From assembly GCA_951406725.2 (NCBI GenBank), contig OX597816.1, forward strand, positions 123,256,001 to 123,320,000: a stretch of DNA of 64,000 nt, given 5' to 3'. Positions 41,346 to 55,654 of this stretch are shown one piece after another; positions within the stretch are counted from its first letter, which is position 1; every line of letters begins with the position of its first letter. Made by a program: the position numbers and the translations under genes. Under the pieces are notes generated by a model, which was not told where the DNA came from, made no database searches, and saw only the letters and a program-made list of their open reading frames with translations. Source of the stretch: Octopus vulgaris (Eukaryota).

Positions 41346-44300
41346 TACAACCTAAACAAAACAAGCCACACTCCATATAGCAAATATTCAATAAAATAAA
41401 CAACCCTATTACTCAATACATTACATACAGGGACTGCAGTTTTCCCATGACTGGCTTAGAGCTTAGGATTAAGCTTGTGGGTTAGGGTTTATGGTTTATT
41501 GATTAAGAGACAGAATGATCAAGGTTAGAAAGCTGTAGTTGAGTTGAAATTTGTTTGTGCATGTGTATGGCTTGTACTTTTAGCACATGCATAAAAATGA
41601 AAATGAATCACAGTGCCTCATATTGATTTTGAAATAATTGTATTTAAGATAGTAAGATCCAGGATACCTACAAAAATCATAATTCTGTAGAAAAGTATTT
41701 TCAAAATTACAATTATTTTCACTTTTTGTCCACCATTCTTCTCTCCAGTTAGGTGTACATAAGCAGCAATAAATTTTTCATTTTCAAATTTCTTATGAAA
41801 TATTTTCTGCAAATAAATGTTTAAAATATAGAGGATTACAATTCTGCAATAATAACAACGAAAAAGAAAATCATCATCATCGTCGTCGTTGTTGTCGACG
41901 CCACCGCTGCTGCTGCCACCGCCACCGCCGTCTTCATCATCATCATCAAATTTATGGGTAATATTTACGAAGAGATAAGTGGAAATTTAAAAAAAGAATC
42001 AACTTGCATGTTGATGATGATGCAAGTTGATTAATTTTTATGTTAAAATAAATAAATATGCATATCTGAAAGAGCACTTCACCCTTTTCCTGCACATTTG
42101 AATGTGAACTTAGCTTTCCACAGTTGAGAACCATATCGAAGAACGATTTCCATTTATAGACAACGTGTGTAAACAACACACTATTTCCAAGGAACATAAG
42201 TGGGCTGACCAGACATCAATGTTTTATTGTTTGGAGCTATACAGAAACAGCTGCTTCTGTCTACAGAAGTCAACAATCAAAACATTTACTGATGCAGATG
42301 GTGGGTTGTCAAGCCAAAATTAAATTACTGCATGCATGCAAAACTTTAAGAATCAAAATATTGATATGTGCGCCATTGATTCTTATCATATTCTAGCACA
42401 CTTGAAAGTGAACACTGCTCTTTGGTCTTGGGTCCCTTTGCAGAGAATGGCTTCTCTTTAAAGATGATGTGTGTAACAATGTGAACAACTAGACATGCAT
42501 AGCACTCTCTCACTCTTTCTCTCTCTCTATATATATATGTATATGGATATATATATATATGGTTGGCTATTTTCTTCCTCCAGCTTTCTTTCTATTAGTC
42601 TTTCCTCTGTTTCAGAAAAAACGCATTGCTTGAAATGTTAAGCCATCTTTCTTTCCTTCCCTGAGCATCTGCTAATACTTTGCATGTACCACGTCCTTGC
42701 ATTGCTGTTCTTTTGTGTTTGATTTTCGTCTTTTTTTGAGATTTACTATATATATGTATAAAATAATTAAGATTCGTTTTGAATGTTAGGTACATAAATT
42801 GAGGCACCAAACCAGTTTGGTATAGTTCATGCAGCTCAAAGTTAGGTGAATAAAAAGCAAATAAGCAACAAGGATGTCCAGGTATCAATGCATTATGGCC
42901 GTTTCAAGTGGCTCCATTTAATCAAACAATGAAACATTACATCAATTTGAAAGAAACCGCTCTCCTCAGATCAGATGATCATATAGATTTCTAATGTAAT
43001 GGATAAACCATTTTTTAAACACAATTTACATCAGTACAAGAAACCAAAATACTTATGTTGTTTCCCTTTGCTATGTTTGTGGCATAATGAATTTAGGGAA
43101 AAATGTACATCTAAAGCCTACTTTTACTCGATATAAAAGAATACTTATTGTATGTTTAGCCTTTAATCTTGTAATATTCAACAAATAGTTATGTGCCCAT
43201 ATCACTTTAGCTTTTACTTCCACTTGTACTCTATTATAAATTTAATACACCTCTAATTTAATTACTCCTTACAGTTGATTCTATATATATATAAATGTAT
43301 GTATGTTTGTATGTATGTATGTATGTATATGCAGTTTTACTTCAAATACACCTGCTGTGAAATTAGATGTTTTGCATTATAAAATCACAGGTGAGTTCAG
43401 ATGGGTTGGTATCAGACAGGTAATACTTTAATGAATTCTCTGAGAATTACATTTACAAATTAATTATATTACCATATGGTAATTCATTTTTGTGATAACA
43501 ATTGACGTATGAGATGTAACCAAATCCTATAGTAATGAACTCGTCATGAAGCAAGAAAGTGAACGAGATGATAAGTCAATTATGTTATACTGTGATAATC
43601 ACTTGTCACAAAGAAATCAAGTGTACAGCACAATTTTCTGTCGGAAATTATGTAGAGTTATTTCTCTCAAATTGAACACACTTTATCATTATATTATCAT
43701 TATATGTAAAGACCATTATATTTAATAACAAACAGCATCATCTGCATTACTTCTACAGCCACTTCTATAATTATCACTAATATCATTGATTTTTTGCATC
43801 AGAATGAATATCATCTTTTTATTGGAGGTAGAGTATCACTATCACAATTGTCTTTATAGTTATCTTTAACATAGACATAATTATCATTAGTATCATTATC
43901 ACTTTAAACATGTTCATTTGTTTCCTCAATGCCATGGGTATCATATTCATTATCAACCAGTATAGCTGACTTCCTCATCAACCTTTTCATGTTCAATATA
44001 ATCATTGTTATAACCAGCATTATACTCATTGATGTTGTCACCTGTATTTTCTTTATGTTATACATCAAGATTGTATTATTCTTGTCTGTGTCCTCACTTC
44101 AAATCATTCAATGATGACTTGTATAAAAATATTTTGCTTCTGTGAAGCATTACTTATTCTTGTGTAAGTAAGGATAGCAATTAACATGAATGCATTGGGA
44201 TTCAAGAGCAGAAAATACTGGGCTGTAGGAAAATATGACAGAAATAGTGATGGTTTAATAAAAGTCAGATCTGGAGGTAAGGATTAAATGAAGAGTCTTT

Positions 44301-44441
44301 GGAAAGTCAGTGATTTTGTCAAAGATGTAGTGTTTATTATTGGTATGTTTTTATAATAAAGATGCGTATCTACATTTTTGACCAAAACTAATTCAAGCAC
44401 ATAGATCTGGTTAATGAGTAATGATGTCTAAGTCACTATAT

Positions 44442-44743
44442 CAGAGGTTCTCAGTCTTTTTTGACTTACTGGTGCACTGAGAGTCAAATAAAAAGTATGA
44501 GAGCACTTTATATGCAAAATTAAAAACAAAATATGTTTACAAGTTAAAATTAGAAAAACAAATCCCCGAAAATTATTGCTTACTTCATTCTGTTAATCAT
44601 ACTTGCGTAGCAAAAATTATGAGCGCCACATTTTTAAAGATTCTCAAGCACTAGTTTGGATTTTCTTAGGTTTTAAATTGTTGTCTTCAAAAATCCAAAC
44701 CACACTTAGATGTCCCTTGTGGCACACTGCTTGAGAATTACTG
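44442..44743. mobile_element. hAT (Charlie-like) MITE
   Basis: CAGAGGTTCTCAG ... TTGAGAATTACTG termini with degenerate 8-bp flanks (cactatat/ctctacac). Confidence 0.6.
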
Positions 44744-45797
44744 CTCTACACCACAGTAGAAGTGGTGCAAGAGAGTTAAGTTCATTGACACCATCAACAA
44801 TGGTGGCTTCAGAGAAAGGTGAAATTAAATAAATGTTCTGGATGCAACATAAATCATAGAGAAACATCTGCTGGCATTTGATGTTTGGAGTCTGACACTT
44901 AGAATAATGTGTAAGGAAGTCTTTGAGTTCTAGTAGCCGGTAGTCTTTCCTGTCACTGTCCAAGTGAGAGAAATAGAGAGAAACAGACTCTACGTAAGCC
45001 CTAACAACTCATTTCAGTACAAGGTTTAACCCTTTAGTATTTGAATGGGTGATATCCAGCCCATATATTCTGCCCATTTTATATTTAACTAGCCTGATCC
45101 AGTCTATCATACCTACCTTGCAATGTCATTCTAAAAATGAAACAGTCACATCATTGAAACCTGAAATTTATGAGATAATGCATGATTAATTCAAAACAAT
45201 GTGAATAAATAAGCATTGCATTTGACAAAGTAATCTAAGTCCAAAATGGTTATGGAGAGAGTGTTGGCTGTTGGACAGTAAAAATTATTAGAGATAGAGA
45301 AGAAATCTACCGTATAGAGGAATAATGTTTGTGGTTTGTGTTGTTTTTATTGTTATTTAACTCTCAGGCCATCTTTGGTAAAAATAAGCAAAACATTCCT
45401 GTCTTGAATATTCTGTCTTTCTGTATATCTTGGATTACATTGTTCAGTGTTAACTGTTTATTTCAAGACAGTAGGTTGTAAGTTGCTTTAATTTGGTTGA
45501 AATTTCTAGCAGATCAAGCATTTGGTTTGAGAGAGTGTGAGTAGGATGAAAGTTGGATTGAACAATTCAAGAATATTAGTCTAGATGAAAGAGATTTGTC
45601 TAATACAATCATTTTCAATTTTTGTTGTTTGTATGTCTAAATCAAACACATTGTAGACTGCCATTTCTAATACACCACATAACCTTTTTATTTATAGCTG
45701 TGTTTAATTTTATGTAAGCTGAAGACTTATAGATTTGACTTGGTTTATTTTGATTTCTATTTTTATTGATGCTTGAAAATTATTTTTATCATTGTAG

Positions 45798-45882
45798 ATA
45801 TGAGTCCACTTCTGATATCATTGATATCCACTTCTGTGATTGGTGTGCTTTCACTTATATGTTTGCTCTATATGATGATTCG
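45798..45882 (+). CDS. Internal exon encoding the transmembrane helix of a receptor guanylyl cyclase (GUCY2D/GUCY2F-like)
   Basis: Acceptor ttttatcattgtAG, donor cg|GTAAGT, 85 bp, phase 1 to phase 2. Translates xMSPLLISLISTSVIGVLSLICLLYMMI(R), a hydrophobic helix. Splices in frame to 58106. Confidence 0.85.
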
Positions 45883-46241
45883 GTAAGTCCTCAATTACAT
45901 ATATTTCACACACAGACATACATACAAATACACACAGACACATATATATGTATGCATATATGAATATAATAATGTATATGTGTGTGTAAGACAGCAAACT
46001 GAAAGAGTCATTAGCACTCCGGCCGAAATGCTTAGCAGTATTTCACCTGTCTTTACATTCTGAGTTCAAATTCTGTCAAGGTTAACTTTGTTTTTCATCC
46101 TTTTGGGGTCAATAAATTAAGTACCAGTTGCCTACAGGGTTCGATCTAATCGACAGACCCCGTCCTCAAAACCATTTCAGGCTTTGTGTCTAGAGTAGAA
46201 AATAATATATATGTGTATGTGTGTGCATATACATATAAATG

Positions 46242-46615
46242 TATGAGGTGGTGGGGTGGGGCTGAAATTCTCATTGGTTGACTGTGAAGTAATGATGCTA
46301 GAGCTGTGAAATCTTGCATGCACTAATTTCAGCTCTTCTTATTAATAACTGCATTGTTTCTTTTCCAATAAACTTACATCTGACTGCTGAAAAAACATTT
46401 CAAAAGTAACTAATAGTGATTTCTCTTGAAAATGGACAAAATTTGGCATTGTGGTGTTATCGAGTACCTTCGGGAAAAGGATTTAACCCCAAAATACATT
46501 GATGCTGACATGCTTTCTACATTATGGAATGACACTCCAGCTTTGTCAAATGTGCAAAAGTGGGCAGGTGGTTTAAGGAGGAGAAGAGAGAATCTTGACA
46601 ATGATCCAAAGCCTG
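46242..46615 (+). mobile_element. mariner transposon 5' fragment (HTH region of the transposase)
   Basis: MDKIWHCGVIEYLREKDLTPKYIDADMLSTLWNDTPALSNVQKW...ENLDNDPKPGR with a TIR-like tatgaggtggtgg...gctgaaa. Truncated by a LINE. Confidence 0.75.
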
Positions 46616-47975
46616 GAAGAAAATTATTTGCTGAGTAATATCCAGCATGGCTTTCAACCAGGTAGAAGCTGCCTGAACCAGCCCTTACAGCACTATGACT
46701 GGATATTGAGGCAATTACTCAACAACTCAAATGTGGACATAGTATACCTTGGCTTTGCAAAAACTTTTGGTAAAGCGGATCATGGTATGATATGCCACAA
46801 ACTGCATGATTTGGGCATAGCTGGAAAACTTGGAGAGTGGTTACATGACTTTTTGAAAGATAGAAGTCAGGCAGTAGTGACCAATGGAGCCATCTCAATG
46901 AAAACACAAATAGTGAGCGGTGTTCCACAGGGCACTGCCTTGGAACCACTGCTTTTCATAGTGGCCCTCTCAGATATACCCTTAACTGCCCAGATAGCCA
47001 CCCTTGCTAGCTATACAAATGATACGAAAGGCTTGCAGAAAATACAGAAGTCCAGTGATGTTGCACACCTGCAGCAGGAGATGGACTCAATTTAACGATA
47101 GGCTGAGGATAATAATATACAGTTTAATACTGAAAAATTCCAAGCCCTGAAATGTTAGCATCCAAAACTGAATATAAAATGTACAGGGTACACTGGTCCA
47201 CAGGGGATTACAGTCCCAGAGCTTAAATCAGTGAGGGACCAGGGCATTGACAGAAGTGTTGGTACCTCTTTCTAAGTGTACATTACCAGGATGGCAACAG
47301 AGTGGCTGGATAGATCCTGAAAACGTTCAGAACCAAAGGGAAGGAAACCATGGTGGTCCTCTGGAGGACATTTGTCCTCAGCTTCCTGGATTACTGCTTC
47401 CAGATATGATCATCCAACAGTATATTAACAGTGGATCTTGAAGCAATCCAGTGAAGCTTCACAAAGAAGATCGTCTCATTGCAACAGCTCAGCTACTGGG
47501 AAAGGCTGAAACAGTTAAAACTCTACTCCTTGGAGTGAAGGCGGGAAAGGTATGCAGTAATATATATCAGGAAGATCCTGGAAAGTGTTGTGCCAAATTT
47601 TGGCATTGGAGGCTACACCAATGCCAGAATGGGTCGACACTGCACTGTACCAAAGATCCCAGCAATGCTATCGTGCTTCAGGTCCTGTTACTGCAACAGC
47701 CTATGTTTCAGGGGCCCACAGCTTTTTAATATTCTCTCAAAGGGCCTGTGGGACCTACACAAAGTTGATGTAGGTGTTTTCAAATCAAAATCGGACCTCT
47801 TCCAGTTGAGAGTCCCAGATGAACCTACGTCGTGGCAAGAGGTGCAAATGAGGGTAGTGACATCAAACTCCTTTATTCGCCAAATGTCACATATTAGAGG
47901 AGGCTCTCAATAATAACAGTATAACAAAATGGTGGTGCACCAGCAGGGCCACAGCTCTGAGCTGAAACTAGAAGA
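46616..47975 (+). mobile_element. 5'-truncated CR1-group LINE (RT)
   Basis: QHGFQPGRSCL, VDIVYLGFAKTFGKADH, SGVPQGTALEPLLF, YTNDTK, and C-terminal GPQLFNIL...VPDEP. Confidence 0.88.
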
Positions 47976-48831
47976 AATATATATACATATCACATAACAC
48001 ACACATAATGTTACAAATACTATCATGAAAATATTGGGTTGAATAACCCTTTTGGATAGAAATATGTACATGCTATTATTTATAGATTTACATGTGTGCT
48101 TTTGAGATATCCTGTTCTAACAAGAATTGTTTCATGTTCTCTTGAAAGTTCATAAAATTTATATGACATCAGCAACATACATATACCGTTTAAGGTACTC
48201 AGTATATAGTGTATATAGTTATGAGCAACTAATAGTTTCACACATTAGAGATATGGTCTATGCAGATTATTATAACCCAACTAATATGCAATCCACAGCC
48301 TCTGAGAGTCTGAAGATCACTTGGAGACACTAGGCATGCTATAAAAACATGCCTGGACCATGTCTCTAATGTATGAAGCTATTAATAGCTCGTAATTGCA
48401 TATTACTTAGAGTAACTGATATTTATCACTCTCCAGATGGAGTACTTCTTTTGTTGATCTCACCTTAATGGAAAAGTAAACTATCTAAAGGCAGTGCTCC
48501 AGCATGGCCACAGTCAAATGACTGAAACAAGTAAAAGAGTAAAAACAGTAAAAGAGAGAGTGTATATATATATATATATATATCATCTCATCATCATCAT
48601 TTAGCATCCGTTTTCCATGCTGCCATGGGCTGGGCTGTTTGACTGAGGTCTAGAGAGCCAGCAGCTGCACCAGGCTCCAATCTGATCTGGCAATGTTTCT
48701 ACAGCTGGATGCCCTTCCTAATGCCAACCACTCCAAGAGTGTAGTCATTGCTTTTTACATGCCAACAGCACAGGAGCCAGTCAGGCGGCCTTGGTCGATA
48801 TACATATATGTACATATATATACACACACAC

Positions 48832-48931
<100 letters not shown>

Positions 48932-49099
48932 CCGTGTGTGTACCGTTGGCGATTTTTTTCCTCCGTCTTCCCTTCCTAAGCATCCAATAATACTATATTT
49001 GTTCCACGCCCTCGCGTTGTTGTGTTTTCTCTTTGTGTTTTCATGTTTGGATTAACTATATATATACATATATATATATACATACATATATATATATAT

Positions 49100-52000
49100 A
49101 TATTTATAAAAAAGAAGTTTGAAAACGCCACTATATAAGATAAATTTTAATTTTTAATTTTCTTAGAAATTTTACATGTTTCGTTTCTTCTTGAAAAAAA
49201 CGAACCTTATCAAAAATATTATAAAAAGTTAAGTGTAATAAAGAAGTTCATAATTGTTTCTTACTGGTCTCAACAGAATCCACGTGGTGGTGTTTTGCGG
49301 GGAGTAAGCATAATAGCTGTAAATTTAAAGTTAAGTGTAATAAAAACGTTCCAGAAGAACAAAGAAGACTTAGAGAAAAAATGTCATTAGAAAAAATGAA
49401 GATGGAAATTGAACTACTTAAACTTAGAGCTAAGACAAATGAAGAAAAAGTAAAAACCATAGATGAGGAAATCAACGAAGAAGTCATCAAACTAACAGAC
49501 GGCATCAATACCGAAACATTACTTACACTATGGAAAGAAGAATGTGAAAAAGAGGAACAAAAGTTCCTCCAACGATGGGAAAAGAGCACCAACAGGTTCT
49601 TGGATTATGAAACCAACTTAAAAAATGAACACATATCCAACAACCCCTTCATAAAATTAAGTAAAACAAAACCAAATACTAACAGAACGGAACAACCACC
49701 AAGAAATCTAAATACACTCCACACCAGAAAAAGACATTTAAAACGCACCCCACACTACCTACACCAACCCCTAAACACTTACAGGGACCCACCACACCAT
49801 TTCAAGAACCATAGGGATGCAACACACAATTCTATGAACTACAATCCACATAACCCAACTAAGACTCAACCACCAAACCTCTACCCTAGGGACCAACCAT
49901 ACAAACCTAACAAACAACAAACACACTACAGAAAAAACAACTACCAACACAATATACCTGATACACTAAGACTGAACACGAGGTACAAAAACACACTACA
50001 AAACAGAGCACCACAAACCCACTCTGAAAATTATAACAACAGGAGTCAGATAAACAGTATTTTTGAACATAATTACACCAACCATTTTTTAGACCTAACA
50101 CACAGGAACAGGGATACACGATGGCAACGAACAAACAAAAGAAACCACAGGTAATTAAAATAATCAATCTCTCAAATAAAGAACTTACACCTAACGAAAT
50201 AAGCATACTTTTAAAGGACTGAAATTTACACCAACCCCACAACGTTCAAATTACTATAAAATGAAAGACGATATTTCGGAATTTTGTAGGAAACTAAGAC
50301 TTGCCGAGGAATTTCATGGCAAAATAATAGATGACGAATCAATAGCTAGAAACAACAGCGATTACACCCCTACCAAGGGAAAGAATAAAGCCTTAGACCA
50401 CTATTGTGACTACATAACTAATTTCTCCTTTCAATACACAAAGAAGTAAAAATACAGCCAAAACTTTAACAAAAGAGAATGGAACGACCTCATCAAACTA
50501 AGAGAAGATAAAACAATAACAATTAAGGAAGCAGATAAGGGCAACGCGGTAGTTTTATTGAACACAAAAGATTATAAAAATTTAGTACTATCCCTATTAG
50601 GAGATGAAACATATTATGAAAGGGCCCAACATTATAATCAACCAAAAATAATGAACAACCTCAGGACATTAATCAACACATACCGAGGACTCACGGACTA
50701 GGAGTACGATTATATCACTAACTTTAAGTGCAAATCAAGTTTATTCTACGGTATCCCTAAAGTCCACAAAAGCCAAATAATTAGTGAAACATGCAAAACA
50801 TCTACCGACATACTCATCAAAATCCCTTCACCAAATGATCTTAAACTTAAACCGATAATAGCAAGCCTAGCATGTGAAACTCACCGCCTCAGCAACTTCT
50901 TGGACACACTTCTTAAACCTTTCCTAAAGCATATCCAAAGCTACGTAAGAGATGATATAGACATGCTTAACCACCTCCCAAAAACAGTCAATGAGAAAAC
51001 CCTACTAATATCCTTCGATGTAATTAACCTTTATTCAAACTTCCCTCACACCCTAGGAATAGAAGCGATCACTTTCTGGCTAAACAACTACTCCTTCGAA
51101 CTTCCAACTCGCATAAATAAAGAACTCATAATAGACAAAGATTGGGAACAGCGATGAGTACGCGTACTGCACCTTCTTTTGCCAACCTAGTGATGGGATA
51201 CCTCGAGATAATACTCTACCAGAAAACACTCGAGAAATATGGAAACACTTTCTCCACCTATATCCAGAACAACTGGAAAAGATATCTCGACGACTGCTTC
51301 ATCCTCTGAAATGAAAGTATAGAAAAACTTGAGGAATTTAAAATACAATTAAATGGAATAAATGAAAATATTCAGTTCACGATAGATCATAACGAAGAAA
51401 AATTGCCATTTTTAGACATCCTCATTAAGAAAGTCGGAAACAAAATAGAGACAGATATCTATTATAAACCGACAGACTCCAAGCAGTACCTACTCTTTGA
51501 TTCATGCCACCCAAAACACACTCGAATAAATGTCCCTTTCTGTTTAGCCAGAAGGATTTGCACTATAATATCAGACACAAACACCCGACACACACGTCTC
51601 CAGGAACTCAGAACTACACTCATAAATAGAAATTATCCACAGTGCAATCCAACAAGCACTTAAATTAAGTATAGAAGACCTGAGACAAACAAAACCAAAA
51701 AAGAAAGAAAAATTAAAAACCCTACCTTACATCTCTACACACAACCCACTTAACAATGAGGCCTTCAACACCATACTACAAAGCACAACCCTACTCAAGG
51801 GAGACCCAAAGATGAACCAAATCCTCGAAACACACACCATCATTAAAAGTAAACGGCAACCAAAATCCTTAAAAAAGATTTTAACCCAAGCTAAACTGCA
51901 CTCAACAACAACCACAAAACCAGCAGTTAGAAAATGTAGAAAGCCCAACTGCGGAATCTGTGTCATCTTGGTAGAAGGTTTAGTACATTAGAACAAGGCC

Positions 52001-52851
52001 ATCAGTTTACCATCAGAACAAACTTCATGTGTGCATCAGAAAACTTAATTTACGTCTTAACATGCGCAGGGTGCAATAGGCAGTATATAGACCATACAAA
52101 AAACAGCTTACGAAAAAGGATGGCGGTGCATAAATCCCAAATTAGAAATCCGGAATACAGGAAAATACTAGTCAGCGGACACATAGATAGATGTGCTTCA
52201 AATAAAAATCCCAAATTCACAACTTGCCCACTTTACAAATTCAGTGACGGCGTAACCTTCACTCAACGCCAAAATAAAGAACTTTATTTCATTAGAAAAT
52301 TCGGACCAAGTTTGAACACCCTGGGTCAGGAACATTGAAACAATACATTGGTCTTCCGAAAAGAAAAATGGAATTCTACCACTACCACCACGATCACTAC
52401 TACTGCTGCTACTATTACTACTACTACAACCACCATGCTCACTACTATTACTACTACAATCAACAATCCTCCACTGCTGCTGCTACTGCCACAGCTAAGC
52501 TGCTACAACCAATGAGCTGCTGCAACCCTAACCACCACCACCACCACGGTTACTACTACTACGACCAATAGTCACTGCTGCTACAGCCATTTCAGCCACT
52601 GACCATTCGAACATAAGACAGCTATTATATTTACTCCCCACAAAAAAAAAACAACCACGTGGATTCTGTTGAGACCAGTAAGAAACAATTATGAACTTTT
52701 TTATTACACTTAACTTTTTAAAATAAAGGTTCGTTTTTTCAAGAAGAACCGAAACATGTAAAATTTCTAAGAAAATTAAAATTTATCTTATATAGTGTTT
52801 TCAAACTTCTTTTTTATAAATATATACCCACTCGTATACGATCTACACTTG

Positions 52852-52855
<4 letters not shown>
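49100..52855 (+). mobile_element. Near full-length decayed Penelope-like element, Neptune-like, with inverted terminal repeats of about 190 bp
   Basis: RT motifs ADKGNAVV, FYGIPKVHK, SFDVINLY, APSFANLVMG, RYLDD, LPFLDI, YYKPTD...SCHP. Cys linker CRKPNCGIC. GIY-YIG NLIYVLTCAGCNRQYI. 49100-49290 is the reverse complement of about 52650-52824. Flanked by (TA)n. Confidence 0.92.
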
Positions 52856-52884
<29 letters not shown>

Positions 52885-54257
52885 TATGTACATGTATGTT
52901 GCATATCTATAGCATGATAGTACTTATTATTCAAAAATAAACTACTGCTTAATTAATTTGTGACGAAAAGGAGCATTAAACTAAAAATCTCTGAATATCT
53001 AGTAATTAATCCTAATCAATAAACTTGTGTATCAATTATTCCTTTCTCAAATATTTCTATAATTTTTTTCACCACTTTTATTTTTGTCTTATTAACATGG
53101 AGGTTGTTTTTAACTTTCATTACAAGTGACAAATCTAGAAGATAATGAAATGCCAGCATTCAAATATGAATTTCTGATAGATGAATTTGTTGATACATAG
53201 TCTCAGCTACATCTTACAAGCATTCGCTGCCTTAGTATACTTAATTAAAAATGAATCCAAATTTACTTTTGGTTCATTGTGACTAGGTTGGGTACATACT
53301 ATAGCAAAACACACAACAGGACATTTTATTTATAGCTCTGAATTTACAAAAGTATCAAGTCCATACTGATATTAAAATACAGATCTAAAAGCATTAAAAA
53401 GAAGGAAGTGAAATATCATTATATGATTCGTTTCTGACAGAATAATTACAATTCAAGCAGGTGAATCTAAATCAGGGCTGATGCATTCTGATACTGTCAT
53501 TGATTTTTGCATTAAATATGGTTTTATGCTCCCTAACCAAGTTAGTAAGGCATCTGCAAATAATAAGTGATTTAATAATCTATAAGTCCTGCTGGGCTTG
53601 TGCAAATTCTTCTTCATGCTAACTTCACTGATATGACTGTAGAAATTTTATACAACTAAACTGTCAGGGCCTTTAAAATGTGGATTACATGATCATCTTT
53701 GCTGTCCAAATTCATGCCACTAGCTGATCTGAGTTATTCTGCTTAGCTCAGTTTTGTCTCACACACAGACATGCACACATGCACATTATAGAACTGAGAC
53801 ACCTTGAAAGCTAAGATATTCAGTAATCTGCTCATTAATCAAAATTTCACATACATAGCTCTTAGTAGAACAATTTCATTTACATGTTCATCTGATGCTA
53901 ATTCACCATATTCAGCATTTGTTTATGATTTCATGGCTAACTCTGGCTCTCATTAATGGCTACATGCAATAGCTAACATTCAAGATGGTTAATTTCACTT
54001 ATGCATGAAATCTGTTACCAGATAGAGGTCTTCCTCAGTCACAAAGATTTCCATTAATAGATGCACAGCAAATTTTTCTGTCAGAATATTTGATTCACTT
54101 ACCTTTTAATATATATGCGAAGCTGTAAGGTGTTACTCAGGCACTCAGTTATGAGTCCACTACATCTTATAGCAGAAACATGTCCAAGCTAATGAAGTTC
54201 ATAAGATAATCACTTATTCCTTTGTCATCTCATTTTCTTACTTACAAATATATATCA

Positions 54258-54802
54258 TGAGCAAAACACCCCCCATCCAATGGACAGTGGTGAGTTGTCA
54301 AAAACTTAAACCAAATTTTCTAAAACCAACTTGTCCAAAGGTCCCATAAGCCTTCTCTTTGAGAAACACTGATTTAACCTATATTTGAGACACCAGCGAA
54401 AGAAGAAATAAAGATTGACTTTTTTTCTGTTCCAAAGAAAAACGATTTTATTCACATAAAACATGCAACTGAAGAGTTTAAAGTACCAGTAATGATGAGG
54501 CTGTTGACTGGGAGAACACAAACATGGTTTAAACAGCAAGCTAGGCAGGAAAGAAACATGCCTCTAAACAGTATAAAAACAACAAAAAAAATGGAAGGTG
54601 CAGTTATGTAGAGGTTGACGGAAGAAAAGCAGGACAAAAACGGCTTTATCGATCACATTCTCACCTGGAATCGATTTTTGTAATTTCTTAAGACTTATAC
54701 ACGCCCTGATACTGTATCTACATATCAAATTTGAGCGCAATCGAATGGAGGATGCCCAAGATCCTAGAAGACACACACACAGACAACAGATTTTATATGA
54801 GA
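54258..54802 (-). mobile_element. Non-autonomous Helitron-like element, family of 8517-9058
   Basis: Both termini match 8517-9058 in reverse complement. Confidence 0.65.
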
Positions 54803-55152
54803 TATATACAATATTGCTTTGCAGGAGTAACTGTTTTGTCAAAGGCGTATCTTGTCTTGAATTGCTCAAAATACGGAATAGAAAAACATCCGACAACTGA
54901 TGAAGGGTCATTCTTTCTGTTGCTTGTCTTGTTTTCCATTTGTTTCTTTCATTGTTTGCAAAAAAATGTTTGTATTCCATGTTTTCGTATTTCGTATTTC
55001 ATGTTATTTACATTCTGTTATGTCCTGTGCCCATATAGGCATATGTATATGCATATATGTAACTATGTACATATTTGTATGCATACACGCATATATATAT
55101 TATTTATATATATTATTTATATATATATATATTATTCATATTATTGTATGTA

Positions 55153-55482
55153 GGCGTAGGAGTGGCTGTGTGGTAAGTAGCTTGCTTACCAACCACATAG
55201 TTCCAGGTTCAGTCCCACTGCATGGCACCTTGAGCAAGTGTCTCTTACTATAGCCTCAGGCTGACCAAAGACTTGTGAGTGGATTTGGTAGATGGAAACT
55301 GAAAGAAGCCCTTCTGTCGTATATATGTATGTGTGTCTGTGTTTGTCCCCCAACATCTTTTGAATCGTAACTTAGTGATTCGGCAAAATAGACCGATAGA
55401 ATAAGTACTAGGCCAATTTGCTCGACTAAAGGTGGTGCTCCAGCATGGCCACAATCAAATGACTGAAACAAGTAAAAGAGTA
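55153..55482 (+). mobile_element. tRNA-derived SINE
   Basis: ggcgtaggagtggctgtgtggtaagtagcttgctt...ggttcagtcccactg...actgaaacaagtaaaagag. Confidence 0.85.
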
Positions 55483-55518
55483 TGATTGAATGCCATGCAT
55501 CCATTTCCAGGTAAATTT

Positions 55519-55550
<32 letters not shown>

Positions 55551-55654
55551 AACATAGACATATAGATATATATCTAGATATATATACATATATGTCTGTA
55601 TTTATACATATAGATCTATATGTATACATATAAAGTTCTAGAAAAATATGGCAG

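Noticed and set aside
49381-50154. 257-aa ORF as an independent host gene
   Set aside because: It is the N-terminal region of the Neptune-like element, inside its inverted repeats and leading into the RT.
54897-54903. CTGATGA motifs here and at 61403-61409 and 1212-1218
   Set aside because: No complete stem II/GAAA/stem III/UH arrangement follows (1212 has a ggc/gcc stem but no stem III), so they were not counted as hammerheads.
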